A stretch of 25,491 nt of DNA from Planctomycetota bacterium (GTDB taxonomy: Bacteria > Planctomycetota > UBA1135 > UBA2386), in assembly GCA_035305285.1 (NCBI GenBank), contig DATGPD010000155.1, forward strand, positions 1-25,491, in the 5' to 3' direction. Of this stretch, positions 9,404 through 16,726 are shown one piece after another. Numbering within the stretch: position 1 is the stretch's first letter; the number at the start of each line of letters is the position of its first letter. The notes below the pieces were generated by a model. It saw nothing but the letters and a program-made list of their open reading frames with translations, was not told the origin of the DNA and did not search any database. Both the position numbers and the translations under genes were made by a program.

Positions 9404-10498
9404 ATGGGGGACGCCAGGATCGTGCGGGGGACGCAGGACGGTGCGGCGCTGGTGATGCTGGTCGTCGTCCTCGTGCCGGTCGTGACCCTGTTCGGCGGCT
9501 TTGCGCTCGCGATGCACGCCCGCGACCTCCGTCTGGACGAGGACATCGCGCGCGAGCGCTGCTTCTGGATTGCCGAGGGCGGGATCGACGACGCGATCCA
9601 CCGCGCATCGGCCGGCCTGCTTCCGGCCATCGGCATGCTGTACGAACTGGACCTGGGCGGGGGCGCCACCTGCACGGTCAACGCGATCGCGCTCGGCGGC
9701 AACGGCATCGACGACGACGGCGACGGCATGGTCGACGAGGCGGACGAGGACCTGCTGGAGGTGCACAGCATCGGCCGCTACCGGCGCTGGCAGCGCGAGC
9801 TCGTGACCTGGCTCGGGCGCGTGCCGTTCCTCCCCGACCTCGGCGCGCCCGCGGTGGTCGCGAGCCCGAGCACCGACGTGGACCTGGGCGGCACGCCGCG
9901 GCTGGACGGCCGTGACCACGACCTCGACGGCAGCCCCGGCGATCCGGCCGAGGCGCGCGCCGGCCTCGCGATCATGACGCCGGGCACGGTCGCCGACCTA
10001 GCCGCGCGCCTGACCGGCGGTGAACCGGACGCGGTGCTCGGCGCGGGCGGCACGCCGAGCCTCGCCCAGGTGCCGTCCTTCGACGTCGTCGAGCTGGCGG
10101 CGCGCGTGCGCAACGTCGCCAACCTGGTGCTCACCAACACCACGTACGCCGACCTGCAGTTCGGCAACGCCGAGACCGGAACCGGCCTCGTCACCTTCCG
10201 CGAAGGCGACCTGCACCTGACCGGCAACAGCCGGGGCGCCGGGATCCTGGTGGTGACCGGGGACTTGGTGATGAGCGGCACGTGCCGGTTCGACGGCGTG
10301 ATCCTCGTGCTCGGTAGCCTGGAGAACGCCGGCGGCACGGCGCAGGTGTACGGCGCGGTGGTGCTGGGGCCGGGCGCGGGCAGCCTGCGCGCGGCCGGCA
10401 CCTTCGACCTGCGCTACAGCGTCGCGGCGACGCGGTTTGCCGACGGACTGGTCGGGCGTTACGCGACCTTCAACGGATGGCAGGAGCTGGCGCGCTGA
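9404..10498 (+). CDS. PilX/GspK-like minor pilin with a large C-terminal domain (C2)
   Basis: SD GGAGGAGG; TQDG|AALVMLVVVL without Glu5; ARERCFWIAEGGID; ends FNGWQELAR versus FNGWQELSR in C1. Confidence 0.82.
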   Translation: MGDARIVRGTQDGAALVMLVVVLVPVVTLFGGFALAMHARDLRLDEDIARERCFWIAEGGIDDAIHRASAGLLPAIGMLYELDLGGGATCTVNAIALGGNGIDDDGDGMVDEADEDLLEVHSIGRYRRWQRELVTWLGRVPFLPDLGAPAVVASPSTDVDLGGTPRLDGRDHDLDGSPGDPAEARAGLAIMTPGTVADLAARLTGGEPDAVLGAGGTPSLAQVPSFDVVELAARVRNVANLVLTNTTYADLQFGNAETGTGLVTFREGDLHLTGNSRGAGILVVTGDLVMSGTCRFDGVILVLGSLENAGGTAQVYGAVVLGPGAGSLRAAGTFDLRYSVAATRFADGLVGRYATFNGWQELAR

Positions 10499-11652
10499 TG
10501 GCGATGCGCCGGGCGGGAGCAGCGTGCGCGCTCGTCGCGCTCGCCGGGGCGTGCGCGCCGCGGCCGGCCCCGGCACCGGCGGCCCGCGAGGCCGGTACGC
10601 GGGTGGTGCGCGCGGTGCGCGAGCTGCGCGGGGCGATCTCGCCGCGCGCGCGGCGCAACGTGCTCGCGCGCCTGCGCGCGGACGCGGCGGAGTGGTCGGC
10701 CGCGGTCGGCTCGGTCCTGCGCAGCCCGCGGCATCCGGCGTTCGCCGAGGCGGCCGAACTGGCGCGCGAGTTGCCCGTGCCGGCGGCCGCCGAGGCGCTG
10801 CTGCGTCAGGCCGAGGACTCCGGCGCGCCGCACCGTGCGCTCGCGCTCCGCGCCGCGCACGCGATCGCGCCGCTGCCCGCGGAGGTGCTCGTGCCCTTCC
10901 TGTCGGAAGGGGACCCGGCGGTGTGCTGCGCCGCGCTGGCGGCGTTCGCCGGGCGGAGCGACGTGCCGTTCGCGATGGTCGCGCGGCTGCTCGACGCCGA
11001 CGACCCCGAAGTCGCCGCGGCGGCCGCGGCCGCGTTGCCGGCGGTCCTCGACCGCGAGCAGGTCGCGGTCCTGTGCCGGGTGCAGTTCGCGAGCGAGCCG
11101 GCTGCGGTGGCCGCGATCACCGAGCTGGGCAAACGGGCGCTGCCGCCGGAGCTGCTCGCGCGCTGGCTGCAGCGCCTGCCGGTGGAGACGCCTCCGGTGC
11201 AGCGGGCGATCCTGGGCGCGGCGCTCGCCCGGCCGCAGCGCATCCCGCGCGAGCCGCTGCTCGCGCTGGTGCGGGCGAGCGGCTCGGAGGAAGTGCGCGC
11301 GGCGGCGCTGCACGCGCTCCTCGCCGGGCGCGCGCTCGACGCGGTCGAGCTGCGCGCGCTGGCGGGCGCGGACGACGGCGCGGTGCGCCTGCTGTGCGCG
11401 GCGGGCCTCCTGGAGCTGGGCGAGCGCGACGGTGCGGTGCTGCTCCACCGCCTCGCGTTCCCGGGCGAGGAACAGCTCGACGGCCTCGCGGTCGCGGCGC
11501 GCCAGGCGCTCTCGGCCGCGGCCGACCTGCCGCTGCACCGCGGCGAAGCGGCGTTCGCGGCCTGGTGCCACGAGCCGGGGCCGCTGCGCGTGCGCGCCTC
11601 CCCGGTCGCGACGGTCGCCGGCGTGCTGCGTTCGTGCGTGCCGGATCCGTGA
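10498..11652 (+). CDS. HEAT-repeat probable lipoprotein (last gene of right pilin operon, D2)
   Basis: TGATG coupling to C2; MAMRRAGAACALVALAGAC lipobox-like signal (Cys19); helical repeats DPAVCCAALAA, DPEVAAAAAAAL, SEEVRAAALHAL. Confidence 0.75.
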   Translation: MAMRRAGAACALVALAGACAPRPAPAPAAREAGTRVVRAVRELRGAISPRARRNVLARLRADAAEWSAAVGSVLRSPRHPAFAEAAELARELPVPAAAEALLRQAEDSGAPHRALALRAAHAIAPLPAEVLVPFLSEGDPAVCCAALAAFAGRSDVPFAMVARLLDADDPEVAAAAAAALPAVLDREQVAVLCRVQFASEPAAVAAITELGKRALPPELLARWLQRLPVETPPVQRAILGAALARPQRIPREPLLALVRASGSEEVRAAALHALLAGRALDAVELRALAGADDGAVRLLCAAGLLELGERDGAVLLHRLAFPGEEQLDGLAVAARQALSAAADLPLHRGEAAFAAWCHEPGPLRVRASPVATVAGVLRSCVPDP

Positions 11653-11712
11653 AGGGTGGAACGAACGGGCGGCACGAAGCCGTCGCGTTTGGAGTCCGGG
11701 CCTTACGCCGGT

Positions 11713-12765
11713 TCAGCGCGCGTCGAGCGTGGATGCGACCTCGGACCACGCGAGGTCGGCGACGGTCGATGCGCCGATCGCGCTCGGCAGCACGAACGCG
11801 ACCGCGTCGCCGGCGGCCTTCTTGTCGCGGCGCAGGAACGGCAACAGCTCGCCGGCCGGCGGCAGCGCGCCGGCGCTGAAGCCGCAGCGTTCGAGCAGGG
11901 CGCGGGCGCGCTCAGCATCCGGCGCGGCGAGCACGCCGAGGCGCGCCGCGAGCGCGATCGCGAAGTGCACGCCGCGCGCGACCGCGATCCCGTGCGCCAC
12001 GCGGTAGCCGGCGTGCGCTTCGAGCGCGTGCCCGAGTGTGTGCCCGAGGTTGAGCAGGCGGCGCGCCCCGCGGTCTTCGGGATCGGCCTCGACGACCGTG
12101 ATCTTCGCGGCGAGCGCGAGCTGCACGGCGCGCGCGAGCGTGTCGGGGTCGCGGGCGAGCAACGCGTCGGCGTGTGCCTCGATCAGATCGAACAGCGCGG
12201 GCGACAGGCCGACCGCGACCTTGAGCAGCTCGCCGAGGCCGGAGCGGAACTCGTCCTGCGGCAGGGAGGTGAGGAACGCGAAGTCGATCGCGACGAGGCG
12301 GGCGGGGTGGAAGGTGCCGGCCAGGTTCTTGCCTTCCGGCAGATCGATCGCGGTCTTGCCGCCGACGCACGAGTCGACCATCGCGAGCAGCGTGGTCGGG
12401 AGCAGGACGAGGTCGAGGCCGCGCGCGTAGAGCGAAGCCGCCAGGCCGCCGACGTCGCCGATGCTGCCGCCGCCGGCGACGACGACGATCGTGTCGCGGT
12501 CGGCCGGCAGCATCGCTAGCGCGCGCAGGATGCGTTCCAGGGTCGCGAGCGTCTTGCTCTGCTCGCCGCCCGGCAGGACGAACCGCGTCGCGAGCGCGGC
12601 GAGGCGCGCGCCGTGCGCGCCGTCCACCGCCGCGTCGACCACCGCGAACGTGCGCCGTCCGGGTCCCAGGCGGGCGAGGCACGGGGCGAGGTCGGCGCCC
12701 AGGTCGACGCCGATCTCGACTTCGGTGGTGCGGCCGCGGCCGAGCGCGCAGCGCAGCGCGGTCAC
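11713..12765 (-). CDS. aroB: 3-dehydroquinate synthase
   Basis: GGGSIGDVGG, PTTLLAMVDSCVGGKTAID, LNLGHTLGHALE, HGIAV, RDKK. GTG start in a GTGA overlap with the upstream stop. Confidence 0.95.
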   Translation of the reverse strand: MTALRCALGRGRTTEVEIGVDLGADLAPCLARLGPGRRTFAVVDAAVDGAHGARLAALATRFVLPGGEQSKTLATLERILRALAMLPADRDTIVVVAGGGSIGDVGGLAASLYARGLDLVLLPTTLLAMVDSCVGGKTAIDLPEGKNLAGTFHPARLVAIDFAFLTSLPQDEFRSGLGELLKVAVGLSPALFDLIEAHADALLARDPDTLARAVQLALAAKITVVEADPEDRGARRLLNLGHTLGHALEAHAGYRVAHGIAVARGVHFAIALAARLGVLAAPDAERARALLERCGFSAGALPPAGELLPFLRRDKKAAGDAVAFVLPSAIGASTVADLAWSEVASTLDAR

Positions 12766-14126
12766 GTCGGGCTCGGCACCGGTGCGCCGCGGCGCCGGCG
12801 CCGGCGGCGCACCATCTCCTGCTCGTACCGCTCCCGGTCGCGCCGGTCGCGCCGGGACAGGACGAAGAACACGACGACGAGCAGCGCGGCGAACGCGCCC
12901 ATCGCGAGCCCGATCTTCTTGCTCGCCGCGAGCGGGTTGAACTCGACCCGCTCGAGGTCGGCGGCGACGAACAGCGGCGACAGGTGCGGCTTGCCGTCGC
13001 CGCCCTCGACGACGTAGCGCTTGAAGAAGTAGCCGACGCAGCGCGCGGTGTCGTTGCGGATCCACTCGCCGACGTGCTTGGGGATCCACACCGCGAACGG
13101 CCGGTGCGCGAAGCCGCGCGAGTACAGCCAGACCTCCGACCAGTTCTCGATGCCGAGCGGGTTGGTCTTCGCCTCGATGACGTGCGCGCGGCAGAAGATG
13201 CCGGTCAGCAGCCAGGCCTTGCCGCGCTCGCCCTGCAGGCGCGCGATCGCGTCCCACTGGTCCTTGTTCTCGAAGTGCGGCAGCGCGGCGATCTCTTCCG
13301 GCGTCATCGTCGCCGCGCGGTGCTGCGCGTAGCTCGCGAAGTGCCAGAGCGGCACGTCCTGCGCGTGCGGCAGGCGCACGTCGGCGTCCTGCAGGTCGAC
13401 GTCGACGCCGTTCTCGCGCACGCCGTCCTTGATCCGCGCGAGAACCGCGGGGTCCAGCTTCTCGACCGCCTTCCAATCCGGGTACGCGCGGAAGATCTCG
13501 GGCCCGACGAGGAGGGGAGCCTGGTTGAGCGGGACGGGGTAGTGCGCGTCGCGCAGCTTCATGAAGAACCCCTCGACGCGGACCCAGTCGCCGACCGCGA
13601 GCCCTTCGGGCGGCGGGACGGTGAAGGTGAACAGCACCGGCTCGCCGTCGCCGGTCCGGATGCGCGCCTCGTGGATGCGGTAGCCCTTGATCGGATGGCC
13701 CTCGCGCCCGCCGTCGAGCGCTTCGAGCTGGCCCTTGAACCAGACGTAGCGGCCGCGGTGCGCGGCGGGGTTGGCGCGCAGGACGCCGATCGGCATCGGC
13801 TCGTCGGTGATCCCGAGCGCCTTCGCCACCGACGGCACGACCATCATGCTCTTCTCCAGCAGGTGGGCGAGCGGCTCGGGTTCGACCGGGATGCGGTCAT
13901 TGCGCGTCTCGTCCCTGATCTGGGCGAGGATCGCGGGATCCAGCTCGGGTACCGGGGTCTTCTCGACGATCACCGGCGAGACGTCCGATGGCGGCCCGGC
14001 CGGGTTGTAGAAGAACGTGACGTAGACCAGGAACGCGAGCAGGACGCCGAGCAGGGCCACGCGTGGGCCTTCCCTGATCGGGAGGAACGCGGCGCGTCGG
14101 CGCCCCATCTCGGCGAGGTCGACCAT
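12762..14126 (-). CDS. Conserved-looking membrane protein: two terminal TM helices around an internally duplicated extracytoplasmic domain
   Basis: From ATG 14126 (MVDLAEMG): TM VALLGVLLAFLVYVTFFY, two repeats starting LDPAILAQIRD and LDPAVLARIKD, TM IGLAMGAFAALLVVVFFVL, Arg-rich tail. Confidence 0.8.
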   Translation of the reverse strand: MVDLAEMGRRRAAFLPIREGPRVALLGVLLAFLVYVTFFYNPAGPPSDVSPVIVEKTPVPELDPAILAQIRDETRNDRIPVEPEPLAHLLEKSMMVVPSVAKALGITDEPMPIGVLRANPAAHRGRYVWFKGQLEALDGGREGHPIKGYRIHEARIRTGDGEPVLFTFTVPPPEGLAVGDWVRVEGFFMKLRDAHYPVPLNQAPLLVGPEIFRAYPDWKAVEKLDPAVLARIKDGVRENGVDVDLQDADVRLPHAQDVPLWHFASYAQHRAATMTPEEIAALPHFENKDQWDAIARLQGERGKAWLLTGIFCRAHVIEAKTNPLGIENWSEVWLYSRGFAHRPFAVWIPKHVGEWIRNDTARCVGYFFKRYVVEGGDGKPHLSPLFVAADLERVEFNPLAASKKIGLAMGAFAALLVVVFFVLSRRDRRDRERYEQEMVRRRRRRRGAPVPSPT

Positions 14127-14132
14127 GCGGTC

Positions 14133-14138
14133 AGGATA
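14133..14138 (-). promoter_or_regulatory. Putative -10 box TATCCT (leaderless promoter)
   Basis: 6 nt upstream of ATG 14126, no SD. Confidence 0.5.
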
Positions 14139-14518
14139 AACGAGGCACGCGGCGCTCGGGTTCGCGGGCGGCGGGCACGCGCGGCGGTCGGGCGCTCGCC
14201 GACAGCACGGCCGGCCGGTTGGTATGCGGGCAGGCCAGGAGATTCGTCGAGTCAACCGCCGGAGGGCGGCCAGCCTGGAGATCGGTGGGGTGCTGTCGCT
14301 TGTCGACTGCGCCGCGGCGTGCGGCCCCGGTGCGCCCGGTCGCGAGGCAACCCGCGGGAGATCACTGCCCGGCTGCACGACCGCGAAGGCGCCGTGGAGT
14401 GCAGGAGTGCGGCGCCGCCGTTCCGTCGCTGCCGCCGGTCTCCGTCCGGCCGCGGCACGCGTGCGTACCCGGGGGCGGGCCTGCGCTCGACGGACTGTGG
14501 CGCGGCGCGCGCGCCGGG

Positions 14519-15103
14519 TCAGCCCTTGCCGCCGGCGCCCGTCTTGGCGGGCGCCTTGGCCGGCTGCTTGGTGCCGACGGTGAACGCGACGTCGGCGGTC
14601 AGCGGGCCGAAGTGGATGTGCAGCGTGCCCTGCTTGCCTTCGGGCGCCGCGATCGGCGCGATCCACAGCCGCGACGCCACGCGCTTGTCGTCGCGCTCGG
14701 TGTTCATCGCGATCGCGCAGACTTCCTGGTCCTTGTCGTTGCGCACGACGAGGTGCCACACGAGGTCCTCGTCGATCCGGAAGGTCAGCTTGTAGGTGCC
14801 GGCGGCCAGCGGGTTCCCGCCCAGCTCGATGTCCTTGCTGACCTTCAGCGCGCCCTTGAGGAAGGCGGTGATGTACCGCTCGTTGTAGAACTTGCGCGCC
14901 TGCTTGCCGGCTTCGCCCTCGGCGTAGAGCTGGCGCAGCCAGTTGCCGCCGGCCGTGGTGAACGACGCGTACGACACCTCGATCGAGGTGTCGCGGTCGA
15001 ACGCGAGCCGGTTGGTCGCGGCGGGCGCGTTCTCGTTCGTGTTCTGCGCCGCTGCGCCGACGGCGAGTGCGCAGGGGAGGAGGAAGCGGGGGAGGAGGTT
15101 CAT
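14519..15103 (-). CDS. Exported protein, DUF2911-like
   Basis: Signal peptide (LLPCALAVGAAA-Q); IEVSY, DIELGGNPLAAGTYKLTF and late LHIHFG resemble DUF2911 as I recall it. Confidence 0.6.
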   Translation of the reverse strand: MNLLPRFLLPCALAVGAAAQNTNENAPAATNRLAFDRDTSIEVSYASFTTAGGNWLRQLYAEGEAGKQARKFYNERYITAFLKGALKVSKDIELGGNPLAAGTYKLTFRIDEDLVWHLVVRNDKDQEVCAIAMNTERDDKRVASRLWIAPIAAPEGKQGTLHIHFGPLTADVAFTVGTKQPAKAPAKTGAGGKG

Positions 15104-15161
15104 GCCACGGGGGAAACGAACGGGAGCACGGAGCGTGCGGCCGGGGCCGGGCCGCAGGCCC

Positions 15162-15647
15162 TCATTCGGGCTTCTCGAACAGGCCGCCGAGGTGGTAGTT
15201 GGCGATGTCCGAGCGGTCGACGATGGCGGCCGCGGCGACGCCGAGCGTGACCGCGATGACCTCGGAGATCTCCTCCGCAGTGGCGCCTTCGCGCTTGGCC
15301 TTCTTGAGGTGCCCCTCGAGGCAGCCCTTGCAGTTGAGCGCGAGCGCCGCGGCGATCGCGATGAACTCCTTGGTCTTCAGGTCGAGTCGCGTCTTGCCGT
15401 AGGTCGCCTTGTAGAACTTGAAGTACAGCTCCTTGAGGTCGGGCGTGAGCAGCGCGTAGCTGCGCATCATCGAGCTGGGCAGGCGGCCATCGCCGACGAT
15501 CGCGGGCTCGGCGGGCTGACCGTTCTGCTCGGGGCGAGCGGCGCCGTTCTGGGTGGCGCACGGAACGGTCGGCTCGGAGGGCGGAGGCACTGCGGCGGCT
15601 GCCTTGCGGCGCTTGCCGGCGGGCGGTTTGGCGACCGGCTTCTTCAT
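15162..15647 (-). CDS. Carboxymuconolactone decarboxylase/AhpD-family protein with CxxC
   Basis: LDLKTKEFIAIAAALALNCKGCLEGHLKKAKREGATAEEISEVI is a typical CMD/AhpD core. Confidence 0.88.
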   Translation of the reverse strand: MKKPVAKPPAGKRRKAAAAVPPPSEPTVPCATQNGAARPEQNGQPAEPAIVGDGRLPSSMMRSYALLTPDLKELYFKFYKATYGKTRLDLKTKEFIAIAAALALNCKGCLEGHLKKAKREGATAEEISEVIAVTLGVAAAAIVDRSDIANYHLGGLFEKPE

Positions 15648-15909
15648 GCGGGGTGGTGTGGACGGTGACTCGGCAGTTCTGTCAGGGAACGCGAAACCTG
15701 GGGAAGGCGAAAGCTAACGAGCGCGCGGCGTGCCGGCGCAGCGGATTCTCGCCAACTTGGTGCACGCGGCGGGAAGCGCAACGGGCGCCTGCCGCCGAAA
15801 CCGCGTCCGGCACGTCGTGCGAGAGCGCGGGGGGTGTGCGGAGCGCGAGCCGACCACCGCGCGACGCGCCGGCGAAGCCCGGCGGGCGTCGGCGCTCGCG
15901 CACCGGGCG

Positions 15910-16338
15910 TCATCCGCGCAACCGGAGCTGCAGCTTGACGAGCGCGTCGCGATCGGCCGGCACCTCGACCGCCTGGAACGCTCGTTCGAACGGCAGCCAG
16001 GCGCAGTCGCCGACCATGGGGCCGGGCACGATCGCGGGCGCGGGACACCCCGGCGCACCGGCCTGGTAGCCGAACGGCCATTCGACGAGCCCGACGTCGC
16101 CGAACAGCTCCTTGCTCGGGGTCGAGAGGTCGAGGACGTGCAGCGGCTTGCACAGTCCGGTTTCGATCCGGACCTCGCGCAGCACCGCGTCCTTCAAGTG
16201 CTCGTCGACCGCGATCGGCCCGACCACCGGGCCGAGCGGCCACTCCGATCTCGGCTTCTTGCGGAGGAGCAGGTACTCGACGTCCGTCGCCCCGATGCGG
16301 AAGACGAAGACCCGGACCTTGTGCTCGAGAGCGAACAT
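15910..16338 (-). CDS. Nudix hydrolase (NudB-like)
   Basis: VRVFVF...EYLLLRK and Nudix box GPIAVDEHLKDAVLREVRIETGL; start ATG 16338 (MFALEHK). Confidence 0.8.
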   Translation of the reverse strand: MFALEHKVRVFVFRIGATDVEYLLLRKKPRSEWPLGPVVGPIAVDEHLKDAVLREVRIETGLCKPLHVLDLSTPSKELFGDVGLVEWPFGYQAGAPGCPAPAIVPGPMVGDCAWLPFERAFQAVEVPADRDALVKLQLRLRG

Positions 16339-16472
16339 CTGAACTGTGGAGCGTCTATCGTCCGAGATGCATGCCGGTCGTGGGGGTGGGGCCGAGGTTT
16401 TTTCAATCCGCGCGGAGGGCGTCGCGGCGCGGGCGCGGTGCGATCGACCGAACCGTGCAGCCACCGGTCGCA

Positions 16473-16497
16473 CCTTCGGCTCGATTCGAGCCGAAGG
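16473..16497. repeat. Perfect 12-bp inverted repeat CCTTCGGCTCGA-T-TCGAGCCGAAGG
   Basis: Read directly; intergenic, flanked by further hairpins at 16501-16523 and 16536-16551. Confidence 0.9.
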
Positions 16498-16726
16498 GCA
16501 CCCCGCGCACGCGCCGCGCGGGGCTCCCACCTGCACGGGCGGTTCCGCCCGAGCACGCACACGCGCTGCGCACGGACGAAGGAGTGCCCGCCCGGCGGAC
16601 CAGCTGCGACGGGCTCAGGTCGTGATTGGAGCGCGGTCGGCCGACGCAACGACGACGCAGGCGAAGCATGCGTGGAGCTGACTCGCGCCATGCATGCGAC
16701 CGACCGCGCGCGCTTTCAACCGTCGC

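Noticed and set aside
14285-14375. Fragments reminiscent of TPP (GGGGTGC), SAM-I (GGCAACC) or cobalamin (ACTGCCC) riboswitches
   Set aside because: The other required conserved elements are missing, and the strand is opposite to both flanking genes.
15720-15736. Sigma54-like GGCACG-N6-GC upstream of the CMD gene; similar partial hits near 7962, 8249 and 19102
   Set aside because: All lack the TTGC -12 element or the exact spacing; GG-N10-GC is common at this GC content.
16160-16255. Nudix box with IE instead of EE, suggesting an inactive enzyme
   Set aside because: The RE glutamate and the last glutamate are retained; the substituted position is the most tolerant one in the motif.
16478-16492. 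TCGA(A/T)TC resembling a tRNA T-loop
   Set aside because: It is the centre of a palindrome; no cloverleaf, acceptor stem or anticodon arm.
16367-16681. Plus-strand ORF with SIRAEG repeated twice using different synonymous codons at every position
   Set aside because: Many A/T-ending codons, unlike real genes here; the second copy lies inside a DNA palindrome; a 6-aa repeat is plausible by chance across six frames.
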